Virus record (IMG/VR): IMGVR_UViG_3300003155_000137
Location: 1-46,628 of that record
Source of the DNA: a virus
Taxonomy: Duplodnaviria > Heunggongvirae > Uroviricota > Caudoviricetes
DNA length: 46,628 nucleotides
Strand: one strand, 5' to 3'
Numbering within the stretch: the first letter of the stretch is position 1; every line of letters starts with the position of its first letter. The notes below the pieces were generated by a model. It searched no databases. It had not been told where the DNA came from and saw nothing but the letters and a program-made list of their open reading frames with translations. Below, piece after piece: positions 1 to 7,473 of the stretch. Position numbers and translations under genes: made by a program.

Positions 1-20
1 GGGGGGGGGGGGGGGGGGGG
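1..20. other. poly-G run at contig start, probable sequencing artefact
   Basis: 20 consecutive G at the very start of the window; typical of two-colour chemistry dark cycles. Confidence 0.8.
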
Positions 21-42
21 GTGAACCGAAAGGGAAAACGAC

Positions 43-822
43 ATGGCAGCAACAGGAAACGAACTCGTCAAGCTGAGCCAGCTCAAGATGCTGGACGACG
101 CCAACATGGCGCTCGTCGACACCAAGCTGAACAAGCCGACCGGAGGAAACGGCACGGATGGTCAGGTCCTCGTCACCGACGGCAACGGCGGGACGCGCTG
201 GGAGGACCAGCACCAGATCGACACCGGCAACATCGCTGACGGTGCCATAACCGAGACGAAGATCGAGGATGGCGCGGTCACCACCAACAAGATCGCGGAC
301 GACGCCGTGACCGCCGACAAGCTCGCCGACGACATCAACGTGTCGGTCTTCACCAACGACGCCGGATACCAGACCAGCTCCGAGGTGCAGGGTGCCATCA
401 GCACCGCCATATCCTCGGTCTACCGCTACAAGGGCACCGTGGCAAATCAGGAGGCCCTCCCGAAGTCCGACCAGACCGTCGGCGATGTGTATAACGTGAC
501 CGACACCGGCATGAACTACGCATGGGACGGCACCAAGTGGGACGCCCTCGGCTCCGTCACCACGCTGGAGACCCTGGGTGTCACCGCCTCAGCCACTGAG
601 CTGAACTACGTCAAGGGCGTCACATCCGGCATCCAGGAACAGATCAACGCCGTCAATGGCAAGATCGATGGCCTGACCTTCGGCAACGGCCTTCAGAAGT
701 CCGGCACCAACGTCACCGTGAAGGCTGCCGACGCCACCATCACTGTCGGTGCCGACGGCATCAAGGCCAACACTGCCTCCGATGAGGACTTCAAGACATT
801 CATGGGAATCGCTGAAGTCTGA
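43..822 (+). CDS. tail fibre / virion accessory protein
   Basis: IADGAITETKIEDGAVTTNKIADDAVTADKLA repeats, YRYKGTV..LP...VGDVYNV...NYAWDGTKWDALG and LGVTASATELNYVKGV motifs common in phage fibre proteins; first gene of a fibre cluster. Confidence 0.65.
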   Translation: MAATGNELVKLSQLKMLDDANMALVDTKLNKPTGGNGTDGQVLVTDGNGGTRWEDQHQIDTGNIADGAITETKIEDGAVTTNKIADDAVTADKLADDINVSVFTNDAGYQTSSEVQGAISTAISSVYRYKGTVANQEALPKSDQTVGDVYNVTDTGMNYAWDGTKWDALGSVTTLETLGVTASATELNYVKGVTSGIQEQINAVNGKIDGLTFGNGLQKSGTNVTVKAADATITVGADGIKANTASDEDFKTFMGIAEV

Positions 823-902
823 TACACGATGGCCACGAACGGGGCCGATTGCGGTCGGCCCCGTCACCCAACATCCAAACGACAACCATGAGGGACTGAA
901 CA

Positions 903-1394
903 ATGGCAGCAACAGGAAACGAACTTGTGCCGCTGAGCCAGCTCAAGAGGCTCAAGGACGCGCAGGATGCATCAATCGCAGGAGCGGTGGCGGCCGAGGC
1001 ATCCGAGAGGGAGAAGCAGGACGGGCTGCTTGAACAGTCCATCTCCACCAGGCTCGGCACCGAGAGCATAATACAGGGCGAGAACGTCACGGTGAAGGCG
1101 GACATCGAGGCCCACACGGTGACGATATCCGCAGACAGGCAACTCCCCGACGGCGGGACGGCCGGACAGGTGCTCAGGTACGACGACGGTGGTGGGGCGT
1201 CGTGGGCCGAGATAGAGTACAACCAGTTCTCCAGCCAGTGCAAGCAGGACATCCTCGACAGCATCGGCTCGCTCTTCCCGACACAGCAGGAGATAGACGA
1301 AGCGTATACTGAAGTCATCGAGCCGAACCTGGGAGTGGAGCCTCTGACCCAGGACGACATCGACTGGGCAATGTCAATCATCAATCTCAGATAA
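903..1394 (+). CDS. virion accessory protein, paralogue of 43-822
   Basis: Same N-terminus MAATGNELV.LSQLK and shared GGT.GQVL..D..GG..W motif. Confidence 0.6.
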   Translation: MAATGNELVPLSQLKRLKDAQDASIAGAVAAEASEREKQDGLLEQSISTRLGTESIIQGENVTVKADIEAHTVTISADRQLPDGGTAGQVLRYDDGGGASWAEIEYNQFSSQCKQDILDSIGSLFPTQQEIDEAYTEVIEPNLGVEPLTQDDIDWAMSIINLR

Positions 1395-1408
1395 GGAGCG
1401 ACTGGCAC

Positions 1409-2995
1409 ATGGCCAACACACAGAAGATTATGACGCTGTCGGATACGGCGAACCTCATCGCCAAGGTCCACAGGAACGCCAACGGCGGTGCGCGACCCGA
1501 ATACGACACCGCATCAGGTGAATACACCAACCTACGCGCGTACTGGGACCAGCACCGCGACGGCAAGGTCTACGGGGTGCAGTTCCCCAAGTATACGTTC
1601 AGTACGTCGCCCGAGGGCGTCAAGACGCGCGACAACGCGGGCCTTGTGGCCGAGATCAGCACCAACATCACGGCGGGACGCGACGACTACGCGACGCTCA
1701 ACGCATTCAGGGTGTTCGACGTCAACGCGACCGTTGACGACGACGGCAAGCCCCACGTCACGGCAATCAGCGGCCTCGACGACAGGTTTGCCAACGACGG
1801 CACCAACGGCGACGTCTGGGTGATGGGGTGCCCCTGCTACTATCGCGTCGAGGAGACCGACACCCACTACGAGTTCCTCTGGTCCGACACCCACTATGAC
1901 GGCTACATCCCCGCCCCCGGCGTCCTCCTGCCCTCCGGCGACGAACGCGACACCATGCTCTACGCAAAGTACATGGCGGACGTCGACGAGAGCTACAAGC
2001 CCATGAGCGTCTCCGGTCGGTTCCCGAGCATTGAGTTCGGTTCGCAGAACAACATCATCGACCGCGCCAAGCTCAAGGGCAACGGATATGCCGGTCGCTG
2101 CTCCGGAGACACGTTCTATGTCCAGATGATGCTGATGCTGAAGTACGCCACCAAGAACTCCAACGTCCTCGGAGGCTGTTTCGAGTACAATCCGCAGACC
2201 AAGCTCACGATGGCCGAGAGCAGTGTCACCCGCGTGGTCATCCCCGCAGCCAATGCGGGTTCGTGGGAAATCGGGTCTACGGTCAACGTGGGAACCGACG
2301 CCGAGCGTAACAACGCCGGCAACTACAGCGCGGCGAGATTCCGCATCATCCTGAGCAAGGATTCCGTGGACGGCGAGAACACCGCCCTCAACCTCGACGG
2401 CGACCCGTTCGACACCACAACGGACTGCTACGTGTCGTCGATGCCTTGGAAGACCGGGTTCACCGACAAGATTCTCGGTCACGACGGCAGGGCGAACGAG
2501 GCCAATCCGATGCGCCAGCCCGTCAGACTTCAGGGCATCGAGCTGTTCAACGGCATCCTCGAGACCGCCGCCGACCTCATCTGCAACGCGACGAAGGTCA
2601 CCGGGGATTCCGGAGACGTCGGCCACAACGAGCTCTACCGCGTCTTCGACATCGCCAACGCATCCAAGGACAGCGTCAGCAGCTACACCAAGCTCGGTGA
2701 GTGTACGCCGCGCGACTCCGACACCAACGACACATGGCAGTACTCGCAGGACTTCATCCTGTCCAACGGCGTCTTCATCCCGCAGGGCTTCGGAGCCACG
2801 AGCACCACCGGCCTGTGCGACGCCGTCTACGCCAACCCCCTCACCTCACAGGGTCTCCGCGAGGTCCGTTTCTTCGGCCATCTCTGGAGCTGGGCGCCCT
2901 GCGGTGTGTGGTACGTGTACCTGTACAGCGGCCTTGGGGACCGCTGGTGGAACACCGGGGGTCGCCTATCGGCGCTCGGCCGCACGAAGGCGTAG
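1409..2995 (+). CDS. DGR target protein; receptor-binding tail fibre with predicted C-terminal CLec-type fold
   Basis: Good RBS (AAGGAG); last ~36 codons form the VR matching TR at all non-adenine positions; C-terminal RFFG..........W..GGRLS pattern typical of DGR targets. Confidence 0.9.
   Translation: MANTQKIMTLSDTANLIAKVHRNANGGARPEYDTASGEYTNLRAYWDQHRDGKVYGVQFPKYTFSTSPEGVKTRDNAGLVAEISTNITAGRDDYATLNAFRVFDVNATVDDDGKPHVTAISGLDDRFANDGTNGDVWVMGCPCYYRVEETDTHYEFLWSDTHYDGYIPAPGVLLPSGDERDTMLYAKYMADVDESYKPMSVSGRFPSIEFGSQNNIIDRAKLKGNGYAGRCSGDTFYVQMMLMLKYATKNSNVLGGCFEYNPQTKLTMAESSVTRVVIPAANAGSWEIGSTVNVGTDAERNNAGNYSAARFRIILSKDSVDGENTALNLDGDPFDTTTDCYVSSMPWKTGFTDKILGHDGRANEANPMRQPVRLQGIELFNGILETAADLICNATKVTGDSGDVGHNELYRVFDIANASKDSVSSYTKLGECTPRDSDTNDTWQYSQDFILSNGVFIPQGFGATSTTGLCDAVYANPLTSQGLREVRFFGHLWSWAPCGVWYVYLYSGLGDRWWNTGGRLSALGRTKA
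2863..2970 (+). repeat. DGR variable repeat (VR)
   Basis: 108-nt ungapped match to 3136-3243 with 14 mismatches, every one opposite an A in TR. Confidence 0.97.
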
Positions 2996-3022
2996 CCGAA
3001 GTGCGGTGAGGGTGAGCGTAGC

Positions 3023-3041
3023 GAGGGGGCAAAGCCCCCTC
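3023..3041 (+). promoter_or_regulatory. GC-rich hairpin downstream of VR (DGR target-recognition hairpin)
   Basis: GAGGGGGC-AAA-GCCCCCTC perfect 8-bp stem ~50 nt after VR, as in characterised DGRs. Confidence 0.8.
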
Positions 3042-3100
3042 CGAGCGCCGATGCGTTCACTTTCACCGCATTCACCGGCGTTTCGCACCCACCAATGGTA

Positions 3101-3108
3101 TATAATTG
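3101..3108 (+). promoter_or_regulatory. -10 box for TR/RT transcript
   Basis: TATAATTG 28 nt upstream of TR in a non-coding gap. Confidence 0.65.
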
Positions 3109-3135
3109 AAAATCGGGATTTGCGGAGGTGTCCCC

Positions 3136-3243
3136 GGTCCGTTTCTTCGGCAATCTCAGGAACAGGGCGAACTACGGTGTGTGGTACGTGAACCTGAACA
3201 ACGACCTTGGGAACCGCAGGTGGAACACCGGGGGTCGCCAATC
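3136..3243 (+). ncRNA. DGR template repeat (TR)
   Basis: Adenine-rich copy of VR (25 A, mostly in AAC codons), lying between target gene and RT. Confidence 0.97.
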
Positions 3244-3407
3244 TTAACAACCCCATCATAATTTATCAACTCCGCAACTACCCTCCGCCATGCCAGCGAG
3301 AGGGCACGCCACGACCATGTCGAAAATGAAACCGAGCATGCGGCTGGTAGACGACCCCGTCCAGCACCGTCGAACGTCGCTATAGTCCAAGATAGGGGAC
3401 AAGCCCT

Positions 3408-4544
3408 ATGAAGACCTACTGCCGCGATGTCCACATCGCCACCCCGAGCTTCGTGAGGAAGGCGATCGACAAGTACCTCAAGGGCAAGCGTTCAAGGCGC
3501 GATGTCCAGAGGTTCCTGGAGAAGAACCCGGACCTCGACGCGCTGGCCGAGAGGATCGCCTCGGAGATACGCGACGGCAGATTTCGTCATACGAAGATCA
3601 GGTACTTCAATCGCATCGAACCCATCAGCGGCAAGCACAGGATCATAGGCAGAGAGACAACACGCCACCAGATATACAATTATGTCGCCGTCACAGCGTT
3701 GCAGTCGGTGTTCGACGCCAAGATCGGAAGGTGGCAGACCGCGAGCATACCGGGAAGAGGAACCATCGACGCCCGCAAGGCCATCAAGAGATGGACGAGG
3801 GGACGCGATTGCAAATACTTCGTCAAGCTCGATGTCCGCAAGTACTATCCGTCGATAGACAGGGACACCCTGAAGGCCATTCTCGCCAAGGATGTGAGGA
3901 ACCCACAGCTTCTTAGGCTGGTGTATCATCTCATAGATCAGTATCAGGGGGATAACGGGCTCAACATAGGCAGCTATCTCAGCCAATGGCTCGCCAACTA
4001 CTATCTGTCGCCCGCCTACCACTTCTGCGAGAGCGGACTGACGACGGAACGTCACTGCCGCAACGGCGAGACGAAGACCAGAAGGCTCATCACCCATTTC
4101 CTGTTTTACATGGACGATATTCTTCTGGTCGGAAAATCCAAGAAGGACCTCAAGATGGCGGCGAGACGCCTGTCCAGGTTCCTCAAGGAGACGCTCAAGG
4201 TCGAGGTGCATCCTGAGTGGAGCGTCAAGTGGCTTGAACTCGAACCCATCAACATGGTGGGCTACGCATTCCGCAAGCATGGTCGCGTGAACATCCGCTC
4301 AGGCGTATTCCTGCGTGCGAGAAGGAACTTCAGGAGGATGGCGAAGCGTCCTTCCAGCATACTTCTGGCGAGACGTTGCGTGAGTTACTTCGGGTACTTC
4401 AAACACAGCGACAGCGTGATGTACAGGCGTCGCAACGACATCGACGGCATCATGCGCAAGGCCAGAAGACTGGTCAGTGTCTACAGTAGAAAGGAAAACA
4501 CATGTTGCAGGATGTCTCCAGCACCAGCCCTCTCTCCAAGGTAG
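3408..4544 (+). CDS. DGR reverse transcriptase
   Basis: KLDVRKYYPSI, GLNIGSYLSQWLANYYL and FYMDDILL motifs; 378 aa; adjacent to TR. Confidence 0.95.
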   Translation: MKTYCRDVHIATPSFVRKAIDKYLKGKRSRRDVQRFLEKNPDLDALAERIASEIRDGRFRHTKIRYFNRIEPISGKHRIIGRETTRHQIYNYVAVTALQSVFDAKIGRWQTASIPGRGTIDARKAIKRWTRGRDCKYFVKLDVRKYYPSIDRDTLKAILAKDVRNPQLLRLVYHLIDQYQGDNGLNIGSYLSQWLANYYLSPAYHFCESGLTTERHCRNGETKTRRLITHFLFYMDDILLVGKSKKDLKMAARRLSRFLKETLKVEVHPEWSVKWLELEPINMVGYAFRKHGRVNIRSGVFLRARRNFRRMAKRPSSILLARRCVSYFGYFKHSDSVMYRRRNDIDGIMRKARRLVSVYSRKENTCCRMSPAPALSPR

Positions 4545-4852
4545 CCTATCACCGTCGTGGTGATGGACTCGCGGATGTCTACATCCGCACCAGCATCTCG
4601 TCGCGCACCATCCCGGCCCACGACGGAATGCCCGAATCGGTGGAATACACCGCCAAGGAGGCATACATCGTATCGGCGTTGACCGAGGATGAGGTCAGTG
4701 CGCAGGCGGACGACCTTCTCAAGGCATACATCGTTGAGCATACGCCGGATTCCGAGCGCATCGCGGCGCTTGAGCAGTCGAACCTCGACCTGTCCGAGAT
4801 GGTCGCTTCGCTTTACGTCGCCATGACGTCCATGAACACGAAGGAGGCATGA
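4502..4852 (+). CDS. hypothetical protein, tail-fibre-cluster type
   Basis: 116-aa ORF with phage-like codon usage and C-terminal coiled segment (RIAALEQSNLDLSEMVASLY) typical of proteins preceding CD1375/XkdX-like genes. Confidence 0.55.
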   Translation: MLQDVSSTSPLSKVAYHRRGDGLADVYIRTSISSRTIPAHDGMPESVEYTAKEAYIVSALTEDEVSAQADDLLKAYIVEHTPDSERIAALEQSNLDLSEMVASLYVAMTSMNTKEA

Positions 4853-4853
4853 T

Positions 4854-4979
4854 ATGGATGAGGTGATGGCAAGAATCTACGCCCGTCTGGTGATTGCTGG
4901 AAGGCAGTCAATCGACGAGGTTCCCGAGAAGCTCCGCGAGCTCACCAAGAAGGCCGTGGAGCAGATGTCGATCTTCTAA
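4854..4979 (+). CDS. CD1375-family small protein (not in ORF track)
   Basis: MDEVMARIYARLVIAGRQSIDEVPEKLRELTKKAVEQMSIF, RBS AAGGAGG; matches the IY.RL...G..SIDEVP.KLRE pattern. Confidence 0.7.
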   Translation: MDEVMARIYARLVIAGRQSIDEVPEKLRELTKKAVEQMSIF

Positions 4980-4991
4980 AAGGAGGAAGTC

Positions 4992-5321
4992 ATGACAGTG
5001 ATTGAAGCCGTAGCGGCCATCGTCGCCGTGGTAATCATCCCGTTCCTTGTGAACGCCATAAAGACCAACGCGATGACCGGCAACGTCGCCAGATGGGTGG
5101 CGATGATCGTGTCGGTCATCGGAGGAATCATCGTCGGCCTGATAGGCGGTGTGCCGACGACCCCGGAGGCATGGCTCACCACGGTGTTCGCCATCGTCGG
5201 CGGTGTGCAGTTCGCCTATTCGGCGTTCAAGTCCGTCGGCATCACGAATGCGTGGCTTGAAGCGTTGCTGAATGTGAACACCGGCGACGTCGATGCTGGT
5301 CAAACCGAAGACGCCGACTGA
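4992..5321 (+). CDS. putative holin
   Basis: RBS AAGGAGG; 109 aa with three hydrophobic stretches and acidic C-tail at end of tail cluster. Confidence 0.55.
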   Translation: MTVIEAVAAIVAVVIIPFLVNAIKTNAMTGNVARWVAMIVSVIGGIIVGLIGGVPTTPEAWLTTVFAIVGGVQFAYSAFKSVGITNAWLEALLNVNTGDVDAGQTEDAD

Positions 5322-5334
5322 CAGACAATAAAAG

Positions 5335-5379
5335 GGAGCGCCGCTTCAGGGACCACCATCGGATTCCGGGCGGCGCTCC
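5335..5379. terminator. stem-loop after holin
   Basis: GGAGCGCCGC (5335-5344) / GCGGCGCTCC (5370-5379) 10-bp inverted repeat, A-run on the left. Confidence 0.5.
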
Positions 5380-5391
5380 TTCCGTTTGGAC

Positions 5392-5399
5392 TATAATTG
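5392..5399 (+). promoter_or_regulatory. -10 box upstream of terminase-fragment operon
   Basis: TATAATTG followed by GTTGTGTGGCG, similar to 25377 and 36734. Confidence 0.6.
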
Positions 5400-5669
5400 G
5401 TTGTGTGGCGGATGCCATACGGTACGTCGGAACATCCGGGGAGCCAGAGCTGGGTGTGTATTGATGATGAAAGTCCCGCAGGAAATCCGACGACGATGGG
5501 CATCCGCCGCATTCATCGTAGGATGCATGGGTGGTGATGGGATGTCCGACGTCATGGTACGGCAGGAGGGCTACGACCTGCCCATTGCCGACAGCGGAAT
5601 GTTCGTCCACATAAATTCCGGCATGACCCCGGACGAGGCCATCGCCCCCATTCCGTCGACGGAGTCGGA

Positions 5670-6665
5670 ATGAGCTGGTGGCGCGTCGTATCCCGGAGCC
5701 CCCTGGAATCATCTCCGGCAAGGCGTCTGGAGGCCCATAGGCACGTCGGCTTCTCAAGGCCGGTGCAATACGCACCCGACCCCAATGGATGCCTGGAGGA
5801 GCGGATACAGGCGGCGGAGGAGCGGAGCGACCCGACCATGTTCAGGGTGGAGAACAGGGCGCAGTTCGTGGAGGGCATCAACCCGTACTTCGACGCCGAT
5901 GCCGTGGCCCGTGTGTTCGAGCCGTGGGGCGGAGCGCCCCTTGAGGCCCGGACGTCCGGAAGGCTCGGTGCCGAATACCAGATGCATATCGACCCGGCCT
6001 TGGTCAACGACATGTTCTCGGTCATGGTGGCGCATTCCGAGCAGGGAGACCCGGATGAGTTCGGGATATCCTACAGGCACCTTGTCGTCGACTGGTACAA
6101 GGTGTACAGGCCCGAGGATTTCCCTGACGGAAGGATAGTGTACTCCAGCGTCCTGGGTGACATCAGGCAGATGATTACGGCGTTCAGGCCGACCGTCGTC
6201 TCCTGCGACCAGTTCAACTCGGCCTACGTCACCGAGAACCTTGGCGATTACGTCAGATCCAGGAACATGCCGACGCAGGTGTATGAGGAGACGGCAACAG
6301 GACAGAAGAACTCATCGATGTATGAGACGCTCAAGTTCTCCATCAACACCGGTCTCGTGCACTCGTACAAGGACGACCTGAACCGTGGAGGCGATTGGAG
6401 ATGCCTCCTCCACGCGATGCTCGATTCGGTGCAACTCGTCAACGGAAAGATCGACAAACCGAGATCCAAGGAGCTCGGGCACCTCGACCTCGTCGACTGC
6501 CTCGCCGTGCTGTGCTCAAGGATGCTCGGAGACCAGTCCGGCGCAAGACGCGACCTTCTGACGCCCGTGTCGTTCATCGACAACGAGAGCGTCATGCGCG
6601 AACGCGAAGCGTCCGCACGATTCGACACAACATCGGCCTTCGCAAACATCTATGGGAGGCGCTGA
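5670..6665 (+). CDS. terminase large subunit, C-terminal nuclease half only
   Basis: EERSDPTMFRVENRAQF, YQMHIDPA..DMFSVMVAH, VVDWYKVYRPEDFP, VSCDQFNS and HLDLVDCLAV motifs resemble the RNase H-like half of Bxz1-type TerL; no Walker A/B present. Confidence 0.75.
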   Translation: MSWWRVVSRSPLESSPARRLEAHRHVGFSRPVQYAPDPNGCLEERIQAAEERSDPTMFRVENRAQFVEGINPYFDADAVARVFEPWGGAPLEARTSGRLGAEYQMHIDPALVNDMFSVMVAHSEQGDPDEFGISYRHLVVDWYKVYRPEDFPDGRIVYSSVLGDIRQMITAFRPTVVSCDQFNSAYVTENLGDYVRSRNMPTQVYEETATGQKNSSMYETLKFSINTGLVHSYKDDLNRGGDWRCLLHAMLDSVQLVNGKIDKPRSKELGHLDLVDCLAVLCSRMLGDQSGARRDLLTPVSFIDNESVMREREASARFDTTSAFANIYGRR

Positions 6666-6772
6666 CCGTCATCCGAGGATCAGTCTTCCCGACCGGACGC
6701 TCTGATTGTCTATGAACCCCTTGCCATCCGATGCACACAACGCCGGAAACACGTCGTCGCCGTTCGACGTGG

Positions 6773-7351
6773 TCACTCCCTGTACACGAACGGTTGCGAC
6801 TTCATGTTGTGCGACGTCAGGGTCGGTGCCAGTTCCGTCATGCGGCCGGCGTTCGTCTGCGTGTCCGCCTGACACATCACACGACCGTCCTGCCCCCCCC
6901 CATTGGCCGGATCGACCCAGACCAGCGGGCCGGGAGCTATCGGCTCAACGTCGTCCACGGTCGGTGGACGCCAAGGATGCACGCGCCGGTTATGTGTTCC
7001 GAACTCGACATCCACTATGCCATCGGCTATCCATGCCATCACGGGAACCGCCATCGAGTTACCGGTGGCCTTGTACCGCAGACCGTCCGGCGGATGATCC
7101 TTGCCCTTATACGGTATGTCGGTGTGTCCGTCGGGGAACCCCTGCAATCGCTCGGTCTCCAACGGGGTGAGTCGTCTCACCGTCAGCCTCGGGTCCATCC
7201 AATCACCTCCACAGTGTCGTCCATGCCCCCCCCCATCGGTGAAGAGGGTCTGCACGTTGCTCGTGCTGAGCGTTGCGCTCAATTCATGCTGTACGAGCGC
7301 TCCCTTGCCGCCTCCGGCCTTGCCGCACCTCACGAGCAACGTGTCGGCCAT
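6773..7351 (-). CDS. C5 cytosine methyltransferase, C-terminal part (motifs IX-X)
   Basis: VRRLTPLETERLQGFPD and RYKATGNSMAVPVM; own RBS GGAAGGA. Confidence 0.85.
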   Translation of the reverse strand: MADTLLVRCGKAGGGKGALVQHELSATLSTSNVQTLFTDGGGHGRHCGGDWMDPRLTVRRLTPLETERLQGFPDGHTDIPYKGKDHPPDGLRYKATGNSMAVPVMAWIADGIVDVEFGTHNRRVHPWRPPTVDDVEPIAPGPLVWVDPANGGGQDGRVMCQADTQTNAGRMTELAPTLTSHNMKSQPFVYRE

Positions 7352-7364
7352 TTCAGCATCCTTC

Positions 7365-7469
7365 CTACGCCGGCCACACGGCCGGCACCTTCTCCGTCTG
7401 CAACGTCGGTGACGTGTCGCCGATCGAGAGTCCGCAACCGGAACTGTTCTGCCTCCCGAACGCCATCAC
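7365..7469 (-). CDS. 34-aa mini-ORF resembling the methyltransferase variable-region repeats
   Basis: GAAAGG RBS 7 nt before GTG; MAFGRQNSSGCGLSIGDTSPTLQTEKVPAV resembles the PTL...AV repeats in both flanking ORFs. Confidence 0.45.
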   Translation of the reverse strand: MMAFGRQNSSGCGLSIGDTSPTLQTEKVPAVWPA

Positions 7470-7473
7470 ACGG

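Larger units (their letters stand above)
1409..4544 (+). mobile_element. diversity-generating retroelement (target-VR-hairpin-TR-RT, no avd seen)
   Basis: All diagnostic components present and collinear. Confidence 0.95.

Noticed and set aside
1-20. Poly-G tract as a biological element (G-quadruplex, terminal repeat)
   Set aside because: Sits at the contig edge; far more likely a sequencing artefact.
5545-5620. Split-intein C-fragment (YDLPIADSGMFVHINS)
   Set aside because: Superficially like intein blocks F/G but spacing is wrong, there is no His-Asn, and it is not in frame with the terminase fragment.
5400-5730. Half of a trans-splicing group I/II intron in front of the terminase fragment
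   Set aside because: Several small stems exist but no recognisable P7/J8-7 core or group II domain V; the stretch is also explained by two translationally coupled short ORFs.
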